A stretch of 64,000 nucleotides of DNA from Chrysomallon squamiferum (taxonomy: Eukaryota > Animalia > Mollusca): NCBI GenBank assembly GCA_012295275.1, contig CM022665.1, positions 22,072,001-22,136,000 of the forward strand, given 5' to 3'. Position 1 is the first letter of the stretch. Every line of letters starts with the position of its first letter. Below are positions 1 to 14,772 of the stretch, piece by piece. The translations under genes were made by a program, and so were the position numbers. The notes below the pieces were generated by a model, which was not told the origin of the DNA, made no database searches, and saw only the letters and a list, made by a program, of their open reading frames with translations.

Positions 1-1696
1 ACACTCGCTTTTATTTGTTATCAGATTGAGAAAAAAAAAAAAAAAAAAAACCAAAACCAACAACAACATTAGAAAAAATAAAAAATAAAAAACAACAACA
101 AAGAAAGAAAGAAAGAAAGAAAATAAAAATAAACCTTGAATAGTTAGATTAGTGAGTGGGGCGAGTAGACAGAGCTATTGTACAGCAATGGAAAATCCAG
201 TCCGCAGATACTAGCGCACAGACGTAGGTAACAGGGCGTAAACACACTCACACCCACTCACACCCATACGTTTATTTTCTTTAGCTGTTAGTAAAGCAGT
301 AATATTTACATTCTATAAAGTATTCGAACCGTTAGTACAGAACCCAATACACACACACACACACACACGCACATATACATGTTTATACATTTATTAGAAT
401 TCCTATTAGATTGAGGAGACACTCATATTTAAAAAATAGTATCGCAACTTTTAAAACTATTTGTTACAGTAAATGATCAAAACATGTTGTCGATACAGAT
501 CGATCTTGACTGTCAGCACGATTCAAGAGATGGGACAAATTTTGGTATTTGCTAACAATGTTCTATCTTTGAATAACGTTGTACTTTCTATTTTCACTTT
601 TATGTTAGCAGTGATTACGATTATGGATATCTATGGCTTACGAAATCATTTAACGTGTTCAAGGCCGTGTATATTCGGCTGAAATTAACGTAACAGAGAG
701 TCCATGAAAAGGTGATTGATCATGAATAAAAACTACAAAACGATAGAACGGCTATTTTAGGAGAAAAAAAAAAAAAAAAAAAAAGAAGAGACTAAGTAAG
801 AAAGGAGCGGTTAACTGCACCCAGGAGTATCGTATCTTTCGGTTATCAAACAGGAAACATCTTCTTTCATTTCGTTTTGTAGAAGATCCGCGCGTGTAAA
901 CTCGCTCATAGTATCCGTAATGTTTAAACGGTTTTTAGATTCGATCCATCATTCATTGATCTGTTGAAAGCTTCAAATGACCGGCATGAAATAATTCTTA
1001 TAACATGCCGCCCACGATATCACAGCAAACACACAAACAAAAAGGCCATTATGCTATTAAAAGGGTAATTGTAGAAGCCGAAGTGCGTATGATGCTAACC
1101 ACAGTGGCACCCATTGTTTGATTTTGTTGTGTCGGTGTGCGCATGCATATTGGAAACTTTAATCAGCGGTGTGAGACCACGTGACATTCCAAACCGCATT
1201 GACTGGAGTGCGCTTTTGACGCCGTCATATGTAAATGTGACAGAAATGAATCCATCATTTTATAAGAAGAAAATTCGAAGGCACTATATTTGACAATTTT
1301 TGATAAATTTAGACTCGTTTTTCTTCTGCTTCATTAGTGAGCTTACAAAACACTAGAATGGAAACAGGGGTCGTTTCATTAAACAGTTCTGAGTTTATTT
1401 TTGGTATTAAGTTATATTTCAAAGCGTGTTTCGTCAGGTCCCACCGATATCCGCCCACATACAGCTGAAAGTTTGTCTCCTAAAAAAACGTGTAAGAATT
1501 AACCACCTCTATTTATAAATTGAGCTGATAAGAAAATACTATTAGATTAACTGAGATAATTTGCCAAAGTAATTTTAAAGAGAGAAAAAAAGAAAGAAAA
1601 AAAACAACAACAAAAAACAAAACAACGACGACGACAAAAAAACAACCAGTCTTCCAGACATCATTATCGCGTTGTTCAAGGTGACTTTCAGAAATA

Positions 1697-1700
<4 letters not shown>

Positions 1701-1769
<69 letters not shown>

Positions 1770-1776
1770 AGAGAGC

Positions 1777-1837
<61 letters not shown>
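1701..1837. repeat. (AG)n microsatellite, interrupted
   Basis: Directly visible. Confidence 0.98.
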
Positions 1838-1839
<2 letters not shown>

Positions 1840-3260
1840 GTTTGCAATCATTATATCACGAATATATTATTTTCGTAAGTGATAATCTTCATTTCTTTCA
1901 TGCTTCTTTTATTAATATCAGTTTTTGCATAATGTTAAATAAAACTTTCGACTGAAATATGCAACATGAAGCCTGATATTTAGAGAATAAAGATAAAAAA
2001 AAAATAAAAAATAAAAAAAATAAAATAAAATAAAATAAATTAAATAAATTAAAAAATAAAACATATCTATATATCATGTCACTTATGAAGGTTTTAACTG
2101 ATTATTTAATGGATGAATGAATACTATTATCTACCATCTTAACAAATTTGATTACAGCTGTTACATATCAAATATGTTTGTTGATTCTTTTATATTATTT
2201 TTATTTTATTGAACAGCGATGATAAGAGAGGGGAAACCCGCACTTATCAGTGTCATGGTTACTAACAGCTTGGGAAATATCGAATGCACGGTCCAAGACA
2301 TAAACACAAATCTTACGCGTCACTGCCTTTTTATAACAGTCGTGCGGCGCTGAGAGGAACGGGGATAAACTGAATATCTGTGATGTTATAAAAATAATAT
2401 CTACTATTTAAAACTTTTTTTATGCCTAACAAAAAGCGGCAGCATTCGTATTGTTATTAATATTTTGAGATCTAAATTAAGTTTCAGAAAAAAAATATTA
2501 ACTGGTTATAAATGAAATGTCTCTTATATAATGTCATCAAGTTCAACTCGTAACCATGATTATTATTATTATAATAAAAAACCCCAGAGGACTGTAGGAG
2601 GGGTTTTGTTTTGCCAGAGCATTCATTTACGGTCGCATTTCACATTATTATTAATACTTTAATATCCAGATCATGACTGCTGAAACAAGATAGATGAGCA
2701 GCCATTCGTAGAAAGATAATTAAGTGAAAGAGACAACGTCATCGTTCTGAAGAACAAAAAAAATAAAATAAAATAAAGAATAAATGCGTGAATATGTAAT
2801 TAAAATTTCTCAGCTTTCTGTAAGAGATACAAATGATGTCTGAAACGTCCTACTGCGATAAACTAGTTGTTAAATTAAACATCAAGTAACATATAACTCC
2901 CCTCCGTGAATACAATTATTCTCTGATGTCTTCAGACGCCTCACTCCCGCAATCTCAACTGAACAAAACAAAAATCATGACAGAATCAGTGTTTTTTAAC
3001 ATTGTTGATTATTGACTTGAGATTATGAAATGCTCGTCAGGGAAAATAAAAATAATAATAATAATAAAAAAATTCTCTAATCATTCTCTGTTGTTTATTC
3101 CGTCTAAAATGATGCTTAGTTCCATGGTTAGAGTGAGAGTGTGAAACGTAATGCATTATTGGATCTGTTATCCTCGATGGATCCATTTTGAGTGAGAACC
3201 CGAAAACAGGTTTTTCCAAATACACACAGAATACTTGCTTTACGTTTTTGAAAGTTACGA

Positions 3261-3443
3261 CAGGGCAGGATATTTAAGGATATAAGTGGGCAATTGGTTC
3301 GGTTTCCCCAGATTTCCTTTATAAAAAATGTAATAATTATAAAATCAGTTTATTATTATTATTATTATTATTATTTAAAAACCTGCTTTTGACTTGCTGT
3401 CGTATATTTTTTCAGAAGAAGTGCTGTTTATCATTCATTTTAG

Positions 3444-3497
<54 letters not shown>

Positions 3498-3583
3498 TTT
3501 GTGTCATTTGTTTAATTTCTATGGTAAGGTGCATCTCCGAACCTGAACTGTCCCCGGCTCCCCAGAATTTAAATCCGGCCCAG
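3261..3583. mobile_element. Decayed TIR element (MITE-like)
   Basis: Left end CAGGGCAGGATATTTA, right end reverse complement CTGGGCCGGATTTA; flanking 8-mers AGTTACGA / AGTGACCG (5/8). Confidence 0.35.
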
Positions 3584-3764
3584 AGTGACCGAACTGGTTT
3601 CATTCGTGTTATTCTTTAATCAGTAAACGAATAATAGTTGTCATAACGACAGCTGAAAATATTTTAATACCAACATTTAATAGACCTTATTTTGTGTTGT
3701 ATTTCTGAGGTGAGAGAGACAGAGGGAGAGAGAGAGAAACAGAGTGGCAGAGAATCTATCTGGA

Positions 3765-3900
3765 CAACGCGGTAGCTACTCGTCAGTTAAAGCAGCAACG
3801 TATATTTTACATGCATCTACCAAAAACCATGAAGGTACTTACCATGACGCTTGTCGATGGGTTCTAGGTTAAACTGGAAATGGCCTTATGGCTTTGTCAT
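3765..3900 (-). mobile_element. Old SINE-like fragment
   Basis: GCTACTCGTCAGTTAAAGCAGCAACGTATATTTTACATGCATCTACC parallels 32808-32852. Confidence 0.4.
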
Positions 3901-4193
3901 CATTAAATTTAAAAAATACATACCTGACACGTAATATCATTTAGGATAGAAATATAATTAAACATGGACTCAAGTACATATATTCTGCAGTGAAACTAAT
4001 AAATATTGCAACCCTTATTATTTTATGGAAATTCATAGAACCTTATTTGTTTTCTTTTAAATAATCTTTTAAGACAGTATAACCTTGAACTTCTTTTACG
4101 TTCTAGGTCGTTTGATCACGGCAATAAAACGTCAAAATGGGAAATAACTCTTTCTCACTATCTTCAGTTCGATAAAGAAAATCTGTTGTAACT

Positions 4194-4229
<36 letters not shown>

Positions 4230-5072
4230 TCATAATAATAATTATAGTAATAATAATAAATGAATAAAATAAATATTCATAGAATTTGACATTTATTTTT
4301 TATTCATAAAATATATTAGATGCATATTTGAAAAACAGATTAATCTAATACAACAGAACTCTAACACACTAATTCATTAATAACATTTCTTATGATCCTT
4401 GTTGAAAACTGAAAAACAAATACAACCACAGCTTTTCTTCAGAAGACTGCTTTCTTAATTTTATTAATAAACCATTCTCTACAGAAATTCAAGGACGAAA
4501 ACACGTTTTATAGGTCATAAACAGAAGTAATAATACATTTTAAAAGGCATAATAATAAAAAAAATCTTCTTTTAATCTTTACATTTAAATTTTTTTCTTC
4601 TTTTGTTTTGAGAATAATAACTACAGTAGCAGAAGAAAGATAATTTTGAACGGATGTGTAGGAAGTTGCGTATCCTTTAGGAGAAGAAAAAACAATTACT
4701 ATTAAAAAGTGTCCATCACAGCCTATGCAAATAATATAAGTTTATTATTAAAAGATAAAGAACAAAATGCCAGGGTTTTTTCAAACAGAAAGGGAATTTT
4801 TTTGTTTTTAATTATTATTATTATTTTTTTACATGTAACTATAAAGAGATAAAAAAATACTGTCGGGTTAATAGACGGATTTTGCACTAGTGAGCCAATA
4901 ATAATTTAATGGCGAAAGGAAAAGACAAAAGTTAAACAAGAACAAAATTAAACGATATGCGTTTTGGTAATTTTTTATTCAAAGGAGAAAGAGAGAAAGA
5001 AGGAGAGAGTGATGAAGAGATAAACAAATAAAAATATGGGCGAATAACTTCAGATATTGAAATCACTGATAT

Positions 5073-5100
5073 ACACACACACACACACACACACACAGAC

Positions 5101-5145
<45 letters not shown>
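5073..5145. repeat. (AC)n(AG)n compound microsatellite
   Basis: Directly visible. Confidence 0.97.
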
Positions 5146-5148
<3 letters not shown>

Positions 5149-5782
5149 TATCAATTGATAATATATCTGCTTAGTCGGCAGTGTTAGACTAGATACTTAA
5201 TGTTTCGATTCTGATTCACTTGTCAGATCACATGAAATAAAATTCTGTTTGCTACTCTGGTCACTGGTACTTATTCAGTCATGTATAGCTGATAATATAT
5301 GTTGTATAAGCACCACGTATAAATGAAGTTTTTGAGAAAATAATTTCTAATTTTCTATTTTCTTCTGACAGTGTTTATTTACACGTCAAAGCAATGGGCA
5401 TTAGATAGAAGGATATCGTCTGTATAACTGATTTAAAAAATTAATGCTGTATAGAGTTATACTCAACTTATATAAAATCTAAAACAAAACAAAAAAAAAG
5501 AATTAAAAAACCCACCATAAAAACAAAAACAAAATTCAGGCCTTTTGAAGTATGTATACGCATACGAATGTACGCAGTTATACTAATACACATACATCGA
5601 TACTTTAAATTCATCCGAAGTTTGGTCCAAGACTCAAAGAGAATTACTTTAAAAAACATCAATATTAAACGGTCATTAATGACTCAGTGAAAAAGTATAT
5701 ACGTACATTCACACACAATTCATTCATACACACATACATTTTAATACTGACTGTTATTACTTAACATGTATAACTACGCTGC

Positions 5783-5891
<109 letters not shown>

Positions 5892-6245
5892 ATATATTTT
5901 GTAAGTATTGAGCTGCAAGAACAATTAAAAAAAAAAAAAAAAAAAAAAAACGAAAAAAATAAACCTATTTCTTACCTTTTTTATTTCTGGAATAAAATCT
6001 TTGTGCTGCTGTTGATAAAAGTGAAGAGAGAGAACTTGCCAGTTTTATTTCGAAAGGTTTTTGAAATGTCTTTAATATTTCGAAATCGTCTGGAAGTCGC
6101 GCCTGTTGTCCACAACTGCAATTACAGCACACAATAATTACAAACACAGCAAACGTTGCCGTAACATATCTAATCTTCATCTTGTCTCCACTTCAACGGC
6201 AGTGGAAAGAAGTAAAAAAAGTAATGTTTAATATTTTCTTCTTAT

Positions 6246-6282
<37 letters not shown>

Positions 6283-7113
6283 GACGGTGCATTGATATTA
6301 TAGGCGAATTTCCTTATGTTGCTGAGATATGGTCTGGACTTTGGAACTACGTGTACATCATAGTCAATAAATGCAAAAGTTGACCAACAAAATTATGATG
6401 GTCATAACTTATTTGAAATTATCCGCCCATGATTTTGCGCCTGCTCATTGCTCTGTACCCACACAACTGTTTATACGGAGATATGCATTCACAGATAGGA
6501 AAGCCTTCAGATAAAAAAATAATAATAATAATAAAAAATAAAAAATCGATGGAAAATGACGATGAATTACAAAGTTCAACAGACTGGTAAATAATATTCA
6601 GACGGTTGTTTTCCGTTTCGACATCATAGTGTTTGGATGATTTGTCATTTTCAGGGAAGAGACAATATCGCTCCACAGGGGCGATTCTTTCTGATTGTCA
6701 GTCTTCTGTTTCTTTCCAGGTGTTTGCAGAACACGAATTATCCCTTCAAAAGAACTGCTAAACAAAGCCCGCTGTAAACAGCGTAATGAGGAAAAAAAAC
6801 CTGAAGAAAACTGTTGTGTCTCTGATTTTTCATTATCCTTTTTTTTTTTTTTATCTTTTTTTTTTTTTTTTTTTATGAAATAAACTGATTCCGTTCACCA
6901 GCTAAACGACAGAAAATCACACGAAATTGTATTTTTAAAACAGCGCCCGACAGAATTATCCGTTTTTAAACACTAGTGGATTTCTCTTGCTACCGCAGAA
7001 CGCTGAACTAATATTTGGTATTTACTGCAAGCTGAGATCAAGCAGCTAGATTAACAGATCACTGGTAGTATGTACCGAATTAATACTGGAACATTTAAAC
7101 ATTAGCATAACGA

Positions 7114-7117
<4 letters not shown>

Positions 7118-7195
<78 letters not shown>
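7118..7195. repeat. (AG)n microsatellite
   Basis: Directly visible. Confidence 0.98.
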
Positions 7196-7199
<4 letters not shown>

Positions 7200-8169
7200 G
7201 AGTATTTGGTAGTATCATAATGTATGGTACTTTTAAAGACATACTGCAGCAAAAAGAAATGAATGAATGTGCATGGATCCTATGAACCCGATTTCTTAAG
7301 TATAACCAATGAACTGTAATGATACCTGTATAAACAGATTGCGAAAATATAGAGGCGCAGACAAAGAGACTAACAGTTAAATATACATACAGTTAGATAG
7401 ACAGACTAATAGAATGACATATATCACTTTCTATATATCAATCTATAAATTTCATATTTATCTCTCTGTATATCTGTCTGTATCTGTCTATCTATGTGTG
7501 TATGTGAGTGAGTATACACACACACAGACACACACAGACAGACACACACACACACACACACAAAATAGTCTAATAGATAGACATTATATAATATATATTA
7601 TATACCCCCCCACGTACACACAGATAGAGAGATAGAGATAGGTATACAGAAAAATAGTTATCAAATTATAGATTGATATGTAAAAACTGATAGATACAGA
7701 GTGAAATAGATAAACAGACAGACAGACAGGCAGAAAGGTTGACAGACCAACACATGTTGAGCCGGTATCCATTTGACCATTTGTTCTACTATTACTATCA
7801 CTATCACTATTACTACTAAAACTGCTATAGCTTCTTGAATACTTTTAGTACAAAAAAAAACGTTTTTCCCTAAATACATTTTTAACCCAACATTACACTA
7901 CTTCTGAAAATCATTATCGTTTTAAGCAAAATTATTTTATTTTCCTTTAAGGAATAGTGTTTGGTATGTTTAGATTACAAAAATCAGTTCTTAATACTTA
8001 GAATCAGGTGGATTTTTCTTTTCTAATTTCATCCTAGTAATGATAAACGAATAATGATTAACAAACGAAATAAATAATGAAAAAACAAAAACAAAAGATA
8101 CAAATTAATTTTAAAAACATATAAATCATTATAGTTAATAAATAGAAGAAAATATTCAACATCAGAAAT

Positions 8170-8171
<2 letters not shown>

Positions 8172-8246
<75 letters not shown>
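8172..8246. repeat. (CT)n microsatellite
   Basis: Directly visible. Confidence 0.98.
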
Positions 8247-8247
<1 letters not shown>

Positions 8248-9050
8248 AGCAGTATTAAGAATCGTTAAAATAGCACAAAACGGTACTGTTGCTTTAGGAA
8301 AGATCGGGACTGAATAAACTGATAGCTCAGCCTCTGTTAACATTTTGCATTAGTAGAAAAAAACGCCCACACACGAATAGGATCAAACGTTAATGGTTTA
8401 ACGTACTGACCTTGGTCATAAGTGAGTTAATAATGTTTGACGTGACTGAAAGCAGGGATACCATTCATAGTACTTAGTCAACTACATTCTTTTTTTTTAA
8501 CAACTAACATCATTTTAGATTTAAAAACGCCCTTGGAACGTGTTCCCTGTGTTTTAATAATTAGTTTCATGATTTAAAGTAATATTCCAACACGGTTACC
8601 ATTTTGAAGACATTTTTTTTTTTTGCAGTTTAATTAAATGAGATGTATTATAGCTAGACGAAGGCGTTGAAATTGGATCATAACGTTGATTTGAAGAAAC
8701 CAATTTCACTGTATGTAATTAAACATGAAATTATATAAGGTTTGTTACATGAAATTGTAGATAATAATGTTTTCATTTTCCATCAGGTTTTTACATACAT
8801 ATACGTGATAAAGCACACATATATATATATATCTTTCTAAGGCTTTTACGATTTCTTTTTTTGACTCAAATTCATTACACAGAACACATCGCGAAAAAGA
8901 TATGGCTTCCTCCTCGTCTGTATTAATAAAACCAGAAACTACTTTTGTTTGTTTTACTCAATTTTATAACAACTATTTTTTTTACTTATATATATATTTT
9001 TTTTTTAAAAACCCATTTCTCTACATTATTCTATGAGTTAGTTTTTACTG

Positions 9051-9081
<31 letters not shown>

Positions 9082-10246
9082 AAACCGTAAAAATGTGCAC
9101 ATATACATCACACGCCTTTTTTCCCTTCATTTTCTTTTTTTTAACCTTTAATTTATTTTTTGCTTGAATATATATCCTTTTTTTTTGACTTCTTTCTCCT
9201 CAGTTTTTTTTTTTTTTTTTTTTTTTTTTTCTAAATTCAATGACAAATTCAATTTATATCAGTAGAGTGTTAATAGAGGAATCATTTATGAAAATTCTCT
9301 TAACAGAAACTAAAACTACTTAACTGTATTGTAACAACAAGAATAACAATAATAATAACAACAACAACGACCATAATAATGCAAGAATAAAATGAAGAAC
9401 AATTGTTATCACAACAACAATAATGACAAGAATAACAACAAAAACGATCATGTTATTGTTATTACTATGATCACTATCATCTTCATAATAACTTTATCTA
9501 AAAACATCAGTCACGTAACTGAATATATACATTAATGTATTTTGCGAGACCTTCTCATACTTTTATAACAAGGATTAGATTTAAATATCAACCCTTAATA
9601 CGAAAATATAATGAGGTCCGTAAGTTAAATTTATTCGAATAATGCAGTTTTCTAATAATGGACTGACTGATAGCTGTATATATTAAAAAATATTTCTGCT
9701 TCTGAAGTCAATGGAAAAAAGTAATTATTACGATAAGAGATAAACGAATATACGTAACAATGTTTATAATGATGAAATGCCACTTTCATTACTTTGAGGT
9801 TTGTTTAGGTCCTTTTAGGATATTACGTTACTGTGGTCAAAATGGACAATGTCCGGCAAAATTATTAAGGCATGATATCAGTGATTCTGGGTTCTGTGAT
9901 GAAAAATCGTTCGTCTCTCATTTTCTGAACTCTGATTAACCAGAAAACAGGAGTTATTTCCCCTACATTATCAAATTTACCTTCACTTCAGCGTTCCATT
10001 AGTGAATTTAATAAACAATTTTTAAAATCTGAATGCAATCAGAAATTAATATGACAGACTTAACTGCCAATAGGAATAAACATCGTGTATCATGAGATAT
10101 TTCGATATATTTTTCCTTTTATATTTAAATAACTAAAAGCTGACGATTTTCAGAAGCACGTTTCGTTTGAAAAAAAAAAAAAAAAAAAAAAAGAAAAAAA
10201 ATTATTATAAAAAAAATAGTAGAAGAAATAAATGATGATGATGTTG

Positions 10247-10298
<52 letters not shown>

Positions 10299-11349
10299 GG
10301 CTTAATCAACTGTGACATTTTTAACCGTACAATTTTCTGCAGACGTCAATACTTTACGACTAATTATTACACTCTTTCCTGTCTACGAGGACGTTCTGTC
10401 CGCGTATTTTCACTAGCAACAGTGACTTGTCACCTTTGTTTTATAAATATTTAGCTTCCATTTTTTTTCCCGTATATTTTCAGAGATTTATTTTTATTCC
10501 TTTTTTTTTTTTTCTTCCTTCTCCTCTTTTGTTTTTGTTGTTTTTCTTTGTCTGGTAATGATGACGAGTGTCAAAACTAATAACTGCATTAGAAATCTTC
10601 ATTTGCAAAATCTGAAACATTGTAGATCAGTTTCAAACTAACTGTTCACAGACAATTATACAAACAGATTATACAATTTTTTTTAAATTTTAACATTGAA
10701 TTGACAGATAAATCACTACATATTACTGTCCCTTTAGAATGCTTCAACGATGCCATTATAACAGGTTCACGATATCGTTTCGTTACGTATAAATTATTAT
10801 GTGTACGTTTGAGTGTGTGTGTGTGTGTGTGTGTGCGCGTGTGTGTGCGTGCGTGCGTTGGTGCATGTGTATATGTGTGCTTCTACACAGACTGGGACTA
10901 AGCAAAAACGCTCTCGTCTGTTTTAGTTCGTTTGCTCACTGGGAACTTAGGCAATGAAACTTGATGCTCTATTGTTACCTGTTTAATGGTATGTTTAGTA
11001 CCTAGAGTTCTTAACTTCTTTCCAGAAGTGTTTCATCACCTTTAAAACCCTCTCACAGTTTATTTTCGTGGAATACAGCCTCGTCTTACTTTTTGCTTTA
11101 GCGTCAAGGGTTTTATCGGTTTTTCTTTTTCTTGCGGATTGCAAAAACAGGAACAACAACAACAACAACAAAAAGAAATAAAAAAAAAGAAAAGAAAGTT
11201 AAAAAAAAAAGAAGAAAAACCAACTCAAAAAAAACCTAGCAGGTGGTTAGGACATGATTATATTGATAAAACAATAACATTTGTAATTACATGGAATCCC
11301 TAAAGGAAATATTCACAAATGCTATACAGTAAAAGGGACAGGATAATGG

Positions 11350-12130
11350 CTGTCTTTCTCTCTATATCGCTATGTCTCTAATTATCATAATTACGTGTCA
11401 ATATCTGTCTATCTATATATCTGACTGTCTAGCTTTTTCTATTTCGATACATCTATTGTTGGCTGCTGATGTATATATATATGTTTATATACTAAATAAA
11501 TATAATATCTTATGTATGTATGAATTGTCTGTCTGTCTCTCTGTCTATATATCTGTATATGTATCTGGCTATCTGGCTATACTTTTGTGTATGGCTGTCT
11601 ATCTTTCAAGCTCTGACTGTCTGTCTATCTATATACCTTTGCGAATGAATTGTCTGTCATTCAAGCTATCCGACTCTCTCTCTCTCTCTGTCTATCTATC
11701 TATCTAGCTAGCTGTCTGTCTGTCTGTCTGTCTATACGAATGAATTTTATGTCAAACAGTATGTCTGACAGTCTCTCTCTATAGCTATTTATCAGTGTGT
11801 CTGTCTCTATCTTGTTGTCTATCAGTTCGTCTGTGTATCTGTCGCTCTCTCTGTCTCTTTTTGTCTGACTGTTAGTTGATCTACGGAAGCACGTCATGAA
11901 CTTACCATGCGATGAAGGATGAAAAGCTCAAATCACGAGACATACACGACCGACATAGATATAACATATGCACAACAAATGCTGTCAGTTCATACTGTTG
12001 TCACTTGAAAGACTGATTTAAATATTAGTTTTATAATGACTGACTATACGACTGTCTATCTCTCTGTTTACCTTCCTGCCAAGCTACCTATCTACATTTC
12101 TGTCTGCCTGACTGCCTGCCTACCTAGTGA
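11350..12130. repeat. Degenerate (TCTA/TCTG)n tract, interrupted by the 11879-12041 arm
   Basis: CTGT/CTAT units on both sides of the inserted arm. Confidence 0.75.
11879..12041. repeat. Left arm of a 163-bp inverted duplication
   Basis: Reverse complement of 13270-13432 with 6 mismatches by my count. Confidence 0.95.
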
Positions 12131-13269
12131 ATATAAAAATCCCATACTATTAATCCTTTCCTTGTATCACAAAACTAATGAAAATTTTATCAGAAATGTG
12201 AGTGGAAAAGGACTTTGTGTGTATATATTTTGATTTTAGAAGAGAACGAGAAAAATTACCGAAAATATATCCGGAATTTTTAATCATTTACTTTAGAGAG
12301 AGAGAGAGAGCCCCATCAGTTATCTAAGAACTTTATTAATGTAAAAACATTTAACAAGAAAAAGAAATTTTTATATTAATTTCCTTACACGACTTATTTT
12401 TAAATTCTGTTTGCACACTAGACTAATATGTGTCTGTATGTATTTAAATTTATAATGTTAACAGTGATACTGGAATCTCAAAAGCTTGAAGGCTTACTCT
12501 GAGGTACTAAACATATAAATAGTCTGTGTTTATTATTAATATTTTGGTTAATTACACAAATAATTTTATATCTCCTACTTCTAACCTGTTAATGTCGGCA
12601 AAGACATTCGAACTGAGAACCTTTAAAGCCTAGCCTCGTCGAATGCCTGCCTTTATTTATATTCTTATTTCAAATCAAATTAGTTGCATAGACCTCACTT
12701 TTCCAGGTTTGCATTAACATCGGTGCCGTGTTTCGAACCCAGTACCTTTTGATCGTATATCTTCTCGACGGCTACGATGCTGTTGGACTGACCTGCGTTT
12801 ATTATCAGTGTCCGGCAAGGCTTTAAGGCACCAGAGGCACATATATAGAGGAGGAAATATTGACGGCTATACAGCCCAAAGTAAATGAGTGTTTGGTGAC
12901 CTACAAATGTGAATAGACGTTTTGCCGCGTGAAGCGAAGCATTTCCTTCCTGGATATCAGCGATAATCACTCGAGTAGTTAGCGATAAAACGTGTGGTTC
13001 TTGCCCACACTACACATCGGCCGTTATAGAATTCGTTGACCTTTTTTGGAAATTAGAAGACTGCTTGTTTCTAACCATAAAGAGATGTTGTGGATATCTT
13101 GAGAAGTTTATCGTGCCACGTAGACCCGTAAGTTATCCATATTGTGCCTGATTACAGATCGATACAGCTATCGATTTTCGGGGCAGTTACTGTCGAAAAA
13201 CAGCTTTATATGTGGGATGTGTTACAGGTAATCTGGACAGTGTAGCAACACGGGAAAACAAAAATCACA

Positions 13270-13432
13270 AGTCATTATAGAACTAATATTTAAATCAGCT
13301 TTTCAAGTGACAACAGTATGAACTGACAGCATCCGTTGTGCATATGTTATATCTATGTCGGTCGTGTATGCCTCGTGATTTGAGCTTTTCATCCTTCATC
13401 GCATGGTAAGTTCATGACGTGCTTCCGTAGAT
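13270..13432. repeat. Right arm of a 163-bp inverted duplication
   Basis: Reverse complement of 11879-12041. Confidence 0.95.
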
Positions 13433-14083
13433 TTTATACATGTACACAAAAAATGGTCGTTAGGGCCAGACACGTATGCAGAAAAACGCCCCTTCGTCTC
13501 GCATGCTGTTCAGTAAAATAGTATACACCACAATGTATTACTTACTCTTCGTTTTATTACTATTTAACAGTTTCTTTTTTGTAAATCGCAGTATATTCAG
13601 GAAATAATTTCTATATTTGACTTTCATTATTCTCTTCTTTTTTTCTTTTCAATTCCGTTTTCAAAACAGTTACGCATGGTTGCACCTAGCTGTGATTTCC
13701 GAGGGTGGGGGAATCTCAAGTACTAAAAAGGCACACTTCAAAGTAATCGATACGAAATGTTTAGGATTTTTTTATTAGATTTCATTTAGATCACAGATCA
13801 TGTAGCAATTACTGGAAATTGCAGACATATTCGAGACAAGGAAATAACAAGATCGTAATGTAAATTAATTTGTGAGTTAAGAACTCTTGTTGTACTTGAA
13901 AGAAACTCCGAGCCTGTAACTTCTCGACATATCTAGTTAACACAGGGTTGTCACTTAGAAACGAGTGTGATAACAATGACTTGGTAATTTTATACATTTT
14001 TAACTTCACACGAGCTAATAGTCAGTATGCCGTTTGTTGAGTGAGAATATTTTGACAAGTTATAATGGATAAATACTTTTAAA

Positions 14084-14137
<54 letters not shown>

Positions 14138-14772
14138 TAATAGTAGTAGCAATAGTAGTAGTAGTACTACTATCATTATTATCATCATTTGTTACGATGT
14201 TATTATTATTACTATTATTACTATAACTATTGTTGTTGTTGTTGTTGCCGCTGCAGCTGCTGGTTTTGTTGTTTTTAAAATAAAACTTAAATACATATAA
14301 TAATTTAAACTAACATAAAGCAATGTGCAGTACTTTATTAATATTTCTGACGGATCCCCTCCCCATTTTCTCTAATTATATCTTTTCTTTGTTCCATTCT
14401 ATAGGCCATTGTTTCTATTGAGACATAAGATATTATTAACACTGAAACAGCTGCATCGTCTTCTTTTTTTCATGAGTAACATCTGGAGTACAGTGGTCAT
14501 CATAAATACCTTGTTTAATGTTTAATGCACACAATAACTGAACAACAGATGTTACAATAGTTACTGATATTATTAGCTGGGTACCATGCCGCATTATTTT
14601 GGTAATGAACTGTTTCTGATGAAGCAAATCTGCATGTATTTGCATGTGTTTACGCATGCATGTAAATATGTATTTGTGTGTGTGTCTGTGTGTAAATGTG
14701 TAACTTGTGTGTCTGTCAATATGTTCCCATGCATCCGTTTAAAATTACGTGACTGCATCAGAATATATATAT

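Noticed and set aside
6700-6790. Strong acceptor TCTTCTGTTTCTTTCCAG|G suggesting an exon
   Set aside because: No recognisable protein in any frame, weak donor and no partner exons.
12695-12790. tRNA gene
   Set aside because: B-box-like word only; no cloverleaf.
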